Shown piece by piece: positions 26,251 to 37,410 of a stretch of DNA of 64,000 nt (positions are counted from its first letter, which is position 1; the number at the start of each line of letters is the position of its first letter). The notes under the pieces were generated by a model. That model made no database searches. It was not told where the DNA came from and worked only from the letters and a program-made list of their open reading frames with translations. Source of the stretch: Hydrolagus affinis (Eukaryota); the NCBI GenBank assembly GCA_012026655.1, contig JAAILG010000803.1, positions 1-64,000 of the forward strand. The letters are read 5' to 3'. Position numbers and translations under genes: made by a program.

Positions 26251-27118
26251 TTTTAGACTTTTTTTTGGAGGGAGGGTATACTGGGAGGATTATGCATATG
26301 TTGGTTCACAAATTCACAAATAATATAAGAAAGCAAGGAAACAAAAAAAGACTTTTTTTTAAGAAAAAAACACCCAGATTAGGAATTAGGAAGGCTAAGA
26401 AAAAAATCTTTAGACCCAACAAACCCAGTCTCTGTTGGAACCTGTTCATGCAAAAACCAGTTCAGTGTTCTGCTAAGCAAAATATTCAATCCCTTTTCTC
26501 ATGAACCTACATCACTAGGGTTTTGTCTCCTTAAGAAAACGGTCACACTCACGTTAAAAATGAAACCGGGTTGAATCTGGATTCACCCCCACCGTTCCTT
26601 CATCCACAGTGCAATTCAGACCAGTTCAGATTGAACATTAATCCATAATTTTCATAGCTAATGATCTGGGATCAAATAGTGCTTTTCTCCAAAGTTTCCA
26701 AACCAATGGTCCCTTAATTCTCAATGAAATGTAGCAATAGTTTTTTTTTCTTTCCAATCAGAAGTCAAACCAAATGAATGTTGAAAAATGTCTGAAATCA
26801 ATCAACAAACCTCCGGTATCTTTTGGGTAAATTTGTTTGCCGTGTTTGCAAGCAGGATTAAAAATACATCTAGAACGACGGTGATTGTTTCAAATTATGT
26901 CAATGTATACCTACAATACTTGCTAACGTTAGGGGAAAAGGTCAAGAAGAGACAGCAAAGAGACATGAGCCAAGCTGCTTGACTTCAACTGCGGCAGCAG
27001 AACCAGAGAGCAGAGATTTTAAATTGAAAATTCTCAAACAGTAGCAGCAATGAAAAATGACCAAACCTGCAGAGATCAGCATACAGGAGGGGTAGGTAGG
27101 TAGATCATGTTAAGTTCA

Positions 27119-27220
27119 TAATCCTTGCATTTGATTGGGAGCCTTAACATGTTGTTGAAGTGACTCTTGAGCACTTCCCATGAATTCCTGTAAAGTGTAG
27201 TGACTGTCTATTTTGTGGAG
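27119..27220 (-). mobile_element. SINE 3' fragment, decayed
   Basis: taatccttgcatttgat...tgtaaagtgtagtgactg. Confidence 0.6.
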
Positions 27221-30200
27221 ACTTGAAGTGACAGATCCCTTTTATCTGGCAGAGTTTTGCCGTGGATGTGTGTGCGTATGGGTGCGGGGCGTAGGATTAA
27301 ATTCTACATCAAAGAATTGGAGAGATATCTACTTGGAGAACAGTGTTGGAGGATGTAGGTGTAGATATAATCCAAAATGACCCCTCCCCAAAAAAATCAA
27401 TCTATGAGACAATTTCTCTCTGAGACAGGAGAAGGGGAGTTGGGTGGGGGAAATGGGGTGCCTAAAGAGTGTGAGGCTGTTAATAATGGAAACAACAAGA
27501 CCTGGTGATGATGTGGGAATGGACGAATATTAGGCTGACACTCCCCCATCATCACTTGAATAGTGATGATGTGGGAATGGACGAATATTTTTCAATTGAA
27601 TACTTGTTCGATATAGAGTATTAAAAACAAAATCCATAAGCGATAAAAGTGGGTGGGCTGAAGAGGGTTTTTATTTTCTTCTCCAAGGCTGTAAAAGGCT
27701 GAACGGCCTTTTCTCACTCAATGTTCTTTTCACATCCAATGCCTACTTATCTTCCTGAAGCTTCCTTCCTTATTTTTCAACAACACATTTCCCATTTCTC
27801 AAGTATCTGCCAGTCTGTGTTGATTTGTGTCTCTGCCAAGGGATTCTGTTCCATGATAGGAATCGTTAACAACCACAGCCACACTTGACTGTGATATTTT
27901 TTCTCTCTCTCGCTCGCTGAGGAAACAGCACCTCATACTAACATTTACATTCCTCTCTTTTTTTTTAGCTTCATAGAATTCATGAAAAACCAATTCTCCA
28001 GCATTCACTGTGCGCTGATGATACACACTCGGATACAACACAGCATCTTGTCCTGCAAATACTCTTTATTAATAAAAACGCAATCGCTGTGGAAATGAAA
28101 AAATAATATCTCGACAGCACAGCTCTGACATTTTCTGGCACACTGTAATAACCATCTCTTCTTTGGTCAGCCTCACATACGCGGAAACTCACCGTGTTTA
28201 AAGAGTATCCGAACCCGACTGAGAGTATGTATGGCGCCTATGTATCATCCACTCTATGTTAAACAATGCTGCCTATAATGAGCTCCTAAATGGAGCTCAG
28301 AGAACTGTTACAGAAAGGAGGCAAGTGTATTTGCGAAATGAGATCCCCCTAAGGCTTCATTGAAGGCCCAATGCATATTTTACAGCCAACAACAACTTGC
28401 ATTTCTATAGCAACCCTCAGGCTTAGCATCCCACAGCTCTTAGGACTGTCTCCCACCCACCCCACCCCCCAATTGTCAACCCTCCTCCTCCTCCTCTCAT
28501 CGATCTCCTAAAAACTCAACTGAGGTTTATACACAACTTTCCAAGTTCACGTTTGCAGCATTTGCAATATTACAGTTAGATTCTCAACCTAATTTCCTGC
28601 TCGGGAAGACGAGTTTCTCTTTCCGCCAGTGCTACTCTTTCGATGGCCACTAGAAGGAGCATGGATCAAGGAAACTACCCATTAGATCTCACCACTCTCC
28701 TCTCCCGGGGGAGAGTGTGCTTGGCACCTGACCACAAACAGCATGAAATACATGGAACCAGGAAGCCTGAGTTGAAAGCCTCGAGAGCCTACCCTCAAAG
28801 GCTCAGTGCTATACAGCTCCAATGCACCATTAAATTATCTCCTATCTCCCACTCTTTGCCTTCCAACTGGTGGAATCCAACCAGCTAAAAACTGCACAGA
28901 TTTGCTATAGCCTGGCCAGCTTGCCACTGTAATCTTGTCATTAATATCTTGGAGGGTAACCATCAGATATACCATGTTATACCATATATACCATACCTAC
29001 AGAGCTACCTTCATGAATGTGGAAATCCAAGGGAATCCTTCCACGATGACCCACATCCATTCGTTTTTTTTTCCATCTACTGTATTTCATTGCATCTTTT
29101 GCTGTGAACTTTCAAAGGCACTAGTCTTAAAATTCAGACCATTGGGGACGGTTCACCGTTGTTGCACGATCAAATATTTGTTCATTTGAGAGCAACACAA
29201 CAGAATGATTTGTTGAAACATTAACATATTCTACGGACTGAAACCAATGCATGTTGACCTGAGGGAATGTCTTTGTATGATAAGATGTTTATTGCTGTAT
29301 TCACACAAATCCCCAAGGGGAGAGTGGGGAGGTGGAGGGATGAGGATGTAGATGAAACACTGCTGTCTTGGCCAGATGTTAAGGATATGATTCAAATACT
29401 CTTAACAGCTGGTAAACTGGTTGTAGTAACAGAACAAGTCGCATTGTGTAGCTTTTCATACACCTCCATCATCCACTCACTTCAACATGAAATACAATGT
29501 AATGGCCCCATGAATACAAGTTAATCTTGATATTCCTTGTTTAAAAATCACTGCAACAAACAGTAATCTATGATTGTAACATTCAGGATTCTTAGAAAAC
29601 ACTTCACTAAATAGTCTGCATCACAGAGATCAATAGCTCTATTAGGTTTAACTGCACTCATATAAGCACCAGAGTTAATGTTTAATAGCCTTTTCCACTG
29701 TCTGGCCAGGAATATAAAACACATATCTCCATGCTAGATATGTACATTTATTAAACAGGAAGTTCTGAAAATTTACAGCAGTCTGGCATTCACCTCATGT
29801 CCTCTGTGCATTAATAATCCAGAGGTAAGCTTGCTTCTTTGTTCTGGTTCAGTCTACAAAAGCATTCATTGTAAAAAAGGAAAAATATTGAATGTTGTTT
29901 CTTTTGTCGAAAATGAATAAAGCAGACATGAATTTCTGCCTCATGCGCTGACAAAATATAATGGATCGTCTCAAGTTGTTTAGTAAGCGGTGTTAATTTT
30001 TTTTTACCTTGAATTCATGTGTATACAACATGTTCTTAACATAGTGTGACAGAGATTAATATTTCCATGTGTAACAATAAAGAATCTGCACAGAAGCAAA
30101 ATCCAATAGGTGGATCTATGCTTTGCTGAACAATGGGGAGAAATTCCACCTGGATTCAGATCAACCAGCATTTCAGAGCAACCAGAATTTGGAAACTTCT

Positions 30201-30339
30201 TTAATGCTACCTTAAGTTTCAAGTTTTTCATAAGTTTCCAGTCTTTCCATAAGTTTCTTGCAATACCTGCTGAAAAAAAAACTTCAAAATGAAGAATGAA
30301 TCAAATAAACTGCTAAAATTCTGGATGAAAATAGTAATT

Positions 30340-30511
30340 TAATCCTCGCATTTGATATTGCGCCTGATCACATCTTCGAAACGTCTCAAAGCGCTTCACA
30401 GAATATATTGTGAAGTGCATTGACTGTACATTTTGTGGGAGAAACATGGCAGACAATTGCACACAGCAGTGTCCTCACAAACAGTCATGGATTGAGTGAC
30501 CCATTTTTTTT
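30340..30511 (-). mobile_element. Young SINE, 5'-truncated
   Basis: aatcctcgcatttgatattgcgcc...acgtctcaaagcgcttcacagaatat...aattgcacacagcagtgtcc. Confidence 0.9.
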
Positions 30512-31252
30512 AATGTTGAAGGAATTATTTAAAATGCTACATAAATGGATTGAATCTGGACACAGATGGAATTTCCTCCATAAATGCCTTACTACCCTTC
30601 AGGCCTCAAAGTTCCATACTTGCACCCACACACCCACACTCACATGCCCGGGCACACACACTGACGCACGCATCCACACGTTATGTCTATCCAGGCTTTA
30701 CACTGTGATAGGTCAGATCCTATGTCAACCTTAGCGTGATGCTCACAAGTTCTGATCACTACATTTATGAAATGTAACATCTTATGACTATTATATGCCT
30801 TCATATGTTCTTGAGAGGACGGAATGGGCAGGGCTGGAGACTTGCTGTATCTGCTTTCTGCCGTCGGTTGACAGATGCCGCCTTTCAGTCGGAAAAAGAC
30901 AAATGTCGGGTGTGATGGATGCGCCTATCACTAAATTTAGTGATGGTTTCGCTACTTGTTAGTGAAAGCAAATTAGTGTTGGTTCTGAAATTTTTTCCCC
31001 CCACAGATGAACATTGCGCGACACTGAGGTACCTGGATAGAGTTAACCAGCCCCAAAAGTGACAAAACACACGATAGTTCTTCACTGGTGGTTTGACCTG
31101 ACGGTGGGTAGAACTCTTGCCCTGGAGTTCCGGCTCTGCATCGAGAGTTTGAACTTACATTATCTAGGCTGACACTCCCCCATTTCCTACTTTCCATCCC
31201 CTTGCCCCTTCCCTGACCTTTTCTCCTCTTGCTCAGATCCCAACCTGACTGT

Positions 31253-31333
31253 TCAGCGCCTTGGGACTCGTCCTCCCGACGTGAAAGATTGCTCTACAAA
31301 TGTAACTTTGATGTTGTTGTTGTTGTTGTTGTT
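31253..31333 (+). mobile_element. L2 3' tail
   Basis: cagcgccttgggactcgtcctcccgacgtgaaag...aaatgtaactttgatgttgttgttg. Confidence 0.75.
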
Positions 31334-31423
31334 CAGGTAGAGGTTAAAAGTCCCCGTGGCAATTATGTAAAAAGAGAAAGGAGTTTCTTCTGGTGTCCTG
31401 ACCATCGATTTCCACCCCAAGTA

Positions 31424-31592
31424 AAATTGTTCATTTGCTTCACGACAGATTGTGGGATGTTGCCGTGCGTGAAATTGTCTGTTGTGTTTGCCTACAATCA
31501 CAGTGATCACACTACATATGGAGTATATCCTGTGAAGAGCTTCAAGACATCTCCTGGTGTGAAAGGCGCTGTATGAAAACGCAAGGATTAAG
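31424..31592 (+). mobile_element. SINE 3' half, diverged
   Basis: aaattgttcatttgcttcacgacag...tgtgaaaggcgctgtatgaaaacgcaaggatta. Confidence 0.75.
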
Positions 31593-33587
31593 GATTGTTG
31601 GGCAAGTGGGTGGCCGTAGAACTCGAACACACTTTTACACACTGGTTAGGAAATTCGCTGTTTGCTGCTCCTAGCCTACAAGATTTGACGCTTGTGGTTC
31701 AGAACCTCAGCAAAAATGCTTGACACATCCCACAAGAAACTGGTGGGATTAGCGCCAGTCATTAAAAGGTTGACTCGTAAATAAGAATCCTACTGGATTT
31801 CTCATTGAATATCTTGACGGGGGTATTGGTAATGAGGAATTTGAGTTGTCGGGTGGTTATATTAATGTTATTGACAATAATAATAACAATAAATAATCCT
31901 TGCTTTCGGTATAGCCTCATCGCATCTCAAAGTGCTTCACCGAATATACTGTACAGTACTACCGAAAATATTCTCATGTCTCCCATTAAATATAAAATGG
32001 GAACCATTCTTATCATGTGTCTCTCTCTTCTTTCTCTCTCTCTCTCTCTCTCTCTCCCTACCAACAACCTCCACCGCCCTCATACTCCAGGCATGGATTA
32101 GCACATTCTACTGATTGTAAAGCACATTCTTTGATCTATATCGATCAGTAGCTTACTGGCAGCGAAACAACACCACATGCCCAAATAATTAAAAGCAGGT
32201 AGTGCCGTTCACTGTAATTAAGCACTTTATCTACAGCTGCCTGTCTGTAGCCAAACCAAATTATCCTCCAGGGCTTGACTCTGAAATACTGATATGATAA
32301 ATCTAATATTAATTATAATTCATCTATATTCAACTTAACAACAGGACTTGTCCATAAAATTAAAGTGCAATTATCTACCATTGAAAACATGTTCTTTTAT
32401 CTAGCGGTTCTCAGTGTGCTGGTAATAAGAGTTGTAGATCTTGTTCAACACATTCCTCCAGTTTGTAAGTTTAAAGATCCTTTACAGTCCTATAAAGTGG
32501 TTTGTATGCATCTTCCTTCGTCCCTCTGTGAGATAAGTCACTTGGACTTCAGCATCGATGAGCGTGGTAAATATCTATTCATTAAACATCATGACTTGGC
32601 TTCTTCCAAATGGCATATTTTCCTCTAAAGTGGTGGTGGTCATCACAATTTACTCTGATTAATCGCAGTGACATATAGGGTGCTATATATGGTGCTGGAA
32701 GCTACATGATATCCCCAAATATTGCCTCACTTGGCAATCGATACAAGATTAGAAATGACTCATTTTGAACCAAACTTTGATCTTGAGTTAGGACATAAGA
32801 ATTGGAATTTGATTAGATTTATTGAGAGCAGCTTCACCATCACTGGAAACCTTCCGTGTGCATGGCTCTGAGTGAATCAGAATGGATTGTCCCTCGCCAA
32901 CGGGGGCTGAATTAGCTATATTTTGTAGCCAACAAACCAATATAATAATCTTGATGGCCGGAGCAAAGTACTTCGACAGAGACAAATTTAGCTAGCTTAC
33001 AGATGGCATTTAAACTGTTCAATGGCTCTTTGAGTTCCTGTCAACATATCAAACATTTTTACAGGGCTGACTTATTTGAGGAGGTGAGGGGTGGGTAGAA
33101 TGTAAATGAGAATGTACTCAGTCAGTATGGCTTTGAGATATATCTTCTGCTGATTACGTCCATTCCTCCTGGGAACAGAACGCACAGACCACTAAATTGG
33201 CCAGGGATTGAGAACTCGCCATCTCTACTGAATTTACATGAAGCATTATTTACACTTGATGTACACAAATAAATCTCACACCATCTTGCACCAAATATAG
33301 AAGTATAATTTACATGATGTAGCACCTTTTATGTTTTGGAAGACCAACTCAAGAGTGCTCGTCGATGCTGGCTGGGTGCCCTGAGCTGGCGGTGGGAAGC
33401 TAAGGAGTTGGGAGAGAAAGGAAAAAGATGTCTGAAATCGGTAACATTTTGAGACAAGCGATGAATGATGAGAGGGAGGGAGGGAGGGAGGGAGGGAGGG
33501 AGAGAGTCGGAGGGACTCTGGCTTTGACAGTTGTGCATTCTAAGCTCCACATCGGGGACTTTAGGCTCACGGGGTGAGGCAGGCACT

Positions 33588-33840
33588 CGGGGAGTACTGA
33601 ATTATCAGAGATGCTGTTATTTGGATGAGATGTTAAATCAGGGCTCCATCTGCCTGCTCAAGTCAGCATTAATGAACTCTCGTCACTGTTTTAAAAAACA
33701 CAGAAGGGCAATTCTCCCAGTATTCCGGCTAACAATAAATACTCCAGATAAATCACTAATTTGCTTACTTCATGGCTATTTGCGATACTGGGCTGTGCCA
33801 TAAAACGGTTGTTACATTTGTCTAGAAACAGCATTCACTT
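33588..33840 (+). mobile_element. Older Deu-domain SINE
   Basis: ggagtactgaattatcagagatgctgttatttggatgagatgttaaatcagggctccatctgcctgctcaag...ttctcccagtattccggctaac. Confidence 0.75.
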
Positions 33841-36800
33841 AAACGGCATTGAAGTCATTTGATTCGATTTGTCGAATGAGAGTATCAAATGTACCAGGAC
33901 CAACCAGCGATTGCCTTAATAACAGTATTGAAAACTTCTTGCGTTGGGGAGTTGACCATGAGGTAATGTGGGCTGATTGATTAATCTGATCTGGAGGTGA
34001 AAGGTTTGCAGCTCAGTACTTTGAGAACTGTTCAGTAAGCAGCTTTCCTTATCGTATTCCCTTACCTCAAAGTACCTATTTCTTCGTCCCTATCCTCTGC
34101 TTGTGATATGGTGTGGCATACATAGCAGGGTTGTGAGGCAGCTTTTCCACAGGATTCAATATTTGATCCAACACACACAAACAGCCAACAATAACATCTC
34201 ACCTCATATACAACCTGTGACTTATCCAGGTATCCGCATATCCGTATCTGCAGCGCGCAACTTCACAGACAAGTGCGAGAAGATTCCCTGATTTCTTCCA
34301 CTCTGTGGGTTTCTCTTCTGCTTTGCTTCAAACATTAAATAGTCAACAAAAGCCCACTGCAGGAGCAATGGAATTATTTTTCCTATTAAGTTCCACTTGG
34401 CTTTAATGGGGAGTTCAAGAATCTGATTCAATGGAGAAGCTAATAATCTGGTTTCTATTTGTCCCTTGTGTCTTCCCCAGCCGTTACTCTGATCAGAAGA
34501 GAGAATGTCTTACCTCTTACATGTAGCATGAGGCAACCTAATGCATTGTGCAATCTCACTTTGTTATGCTAACCTTTCTTCAGTGCCTATGTGGGATAAC
34601 ACATCCCTTAAACACGCTCAGATTTATTTGGGTGATCCCATTGAGTAGACAACAAAGAAAACTGGGAAGAATAATGAGTGTGTCAACAACAACAACAACA
34701 ACAAAATTACATTTCTAGAGCACCTTTTCACATCAACAAACATCATAAAAATCTCTCCTCAAACTACAGAACGCTCTGGGTTTCGGTACATTTCATCTCC
34801 TGATTTGCTCTCTTTTAAATATTCTTCCTGATTTAATCAAACCTGCAGGGTTTTTTTCTTCTAAAAAAAACAGTGAGAAAATGTTTTGATTTGACTAGAA
34901 AATATTGAAAATAAATGTAATCAGGTAAGAGCAGCATCCAACTCGCCTTGATCCGCAGCACTGTAATAACAAACGTAATAATAACAAACTCATTGAATAC
35001 TTGGCTAATCTGCAATCCGCCCTCAAGCTTATTTTTTCCAGCAGTACAGATATTGATATCTGGCGCCAGTCTCTTCAGTTTGTCTGAGCTGGCAGCTTCA
35101 GGATCCAAATTCTGGGCTTTATTGATTCCAGGACTCAGCGCTACTGTGAGCAAACACAGTTCAATTCTCTTTAGATGCTTGAAAGTTATTGTTAAAATTA
35201 AAGATCACATTATGCCATTGTCAAAAGCAACAAGCAAGACTGATTTGTAATTTTCCTTTTTTTCTTTAGCTGTTACAGAAATCAGATTTAATGCATTAGG
35301 CAAATGTGTGTGTGGTAACTGTTTATATATGGCCCCGCTTCACTGCAGCAGTGAGCATTTTCCAATGCTAAAGAATGAAGACAGACAAGTTCATTCCGAT
35401 TATTAGTTTTCGTTTTGGAACGTGACACGAATTGACACACACAATCTAACCTTTGGCTGCTGCCAATGACCTGATGCTCTTTTCAACATTGGTTTGTGCA
35501 GACACTCCCCGCCCACCCCCCACCCCCAGATCATAAGATACCAGGCAGTTGAATGGAAATCATAAGGATTTAAGTGAAGACCATAGGAAGAAGTCATTAC
35601 AATCCTTGTCGTTTGAGACTCTCCCACCTATGACCTCAAGCTGTTCCCAGGAGTTGCCGTCAAAGTGTAGTGACTTTGCATTCGCAGGCAAACAATTTGC
35701 GCAGAGCAGGCCCCTATAAACAGCCACGGTGTGAGTGTCCAATTGATTGATCTGAAGTTTTTGTTCGCCTAAGACACAAGGAGAAACTTCCTTCTTAAAT
35801 ACAGGCAAGAGATCAGGCAGACTGGAGTTCTGTTTGAAACCTCATCTGAAATATGCCTCCACCTTGCATACCTCTGCAAACTACAACCCCACCTACCCAG
35901 ATTTATTTAAGGAAAGGTATTCATATCAACCAACGCAAGATTTTATACCTAAACACCACAAAGCCACTGTGAGATCAGACTGCTGAACACACCACTCTGT
36001 TGATGGGGAGAAAATATGGTATGTGATAATTAGGACATCTCTAGTAATACTGATAATAATCATAATCCTTGTATTTGATCCTTGCACTTTTCACTCCAGG
36101 TGAACTTCAGGCCAAGTCCTTCATTGGATTTTACTGTGATGCGGAGTGACTGTGTATTTTTGTAGGCGAACATACCGTATTTAAGTCTCTGTTCCCCGCA
36201 AATAAGTGCAAAATGTTGGCCTTATCCTTGCTAACAGATTGAACATCAGATTTAACAAAATTATACATCAAGCACAATCTGGCTCCACTAAAACACAAAC
36301 ACGTTGATAACACAAAGTTGGCGCTATACGGTGAAAATTATGTAAATTCAATTCTAGGAAAGTGAATTAGAAAAATTAAAGCCTTCAACGGAATTGAGTA
36401 CAAATACTCCAATCCTTAAAATAAACAGCGCAAGCACTTCAAAGAAGGGTTGGAACAAATTTGCTAAATTGGCAAATGGGCGCTCACCCAGATTCACCAT
36501 TAATGTCCAATCTCTTCAGTCTATTTATTGTGATAGCTGCAGACTTCTTACAATGATCTCATGGTATTAATTTTGAGGAAAAATGAAGCCACCCCATTAA
36601 GCAGATAGGCCAATGTTGTTCGCAGATAAATTACCAGTTGGAAGAACACAATCATAAATTGCAACTTTTCAGAGATGTCAAGCATGAAATATTCCGCAAG
36701 TCCATCTATTAAGAACAGTTCATAAATATTGACAGCTTATCTTGATGAGACTCTTCTTGTACATCACACTCTTTCCTCCTTCCCCCCACCCCACCCACCC

Positions 36801-36871
36801 CAACCCCTACACCCCCCACCCAGCCCTCTCAACACCTTTTCCCGACATACACCCACAAGTAAACACACAAA

Positions 36872-37215
36872 GAGCTCCTGTAGCTCAGTGTTTAGAGCAC
36901 TCGCCTTACAAGCATGAGACCTGTGATCAAACCCAGGCAAATCAGGGTGAAACCTTGGACAAGTTTCCTTACTCCACAAGCACACACACACACACGCGCG
37001 CCTGATAATAATCCATCCCCAAAAAAACACAATAATAAAAATTGGTCATTTCAATCCACGACTGTTTGTGGGGGACGCTGCTGTGCGCAATTGGCTGCCT
37101 CGTTTCGCCCACAAAATATACAGTTAATTCACTTTACAGTATATTATATGAAGCGCTTTGAAATGTTGATACGATGTAAAAAGCGCTATAACAAATGCAA
37201 GGATTATTATTATTA
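36872..37215 (+). mobile_element. Full-length young SINE
   Basis: gagctcctgtagctcagtgtttagagcactcgccttacaagcatgag head, internal (CA)n, body, tail. Confidence 0.95.
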
Positions 37216-37217
37216 CA

Positions 37218-37292
37218 ATTGCTCTTTTCGAAGAGCCGGCAGAGACACAGGTTGGCCTCCATTTGTGCTGTAAAATTTTATGATTCTATGAA
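37218..37292 (+). mobile_element. CR1 3' terminus
   Basis: gaagagccggcagagacacaggttggcctccatttgtgctgtaaaattttatgattctatga; (ATTCTATG)-type CR1 terminal repeat. Confidence 0.75.
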
Positions 37293-37299
37293 CCTTGCT

Positions 37300-37410
37300 A
37301 AAATATACAGTTAATTAATTCGCTTTCCAGTATATTCTGTGAAGCACTTAGAGACGTCTCGAAGACGTGATAAAACGCTATATCAAATGCAAGAATTATT
37401 ATTATAATCA
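37300..37410 (+). mobile_element. Young SINE 3' fragment
   Basis: cagtatattctgtgaagcacttagagacgtctcgaagacgtga...tatcaaatgcaag. Confidence 0.85.

Noticed and set aside
27505-27589. CRISPR-like repeat-spacer-repeat
   Set aside because: Only two repeats, eukaryotic context, no cas genes, and the spacer is partly self-derived
28279-28299. 8-bp hairpin tgagctcc-taaat-ggagctca
   Set aside because: Short, expected by chance, no Helitron CTRR end or other context
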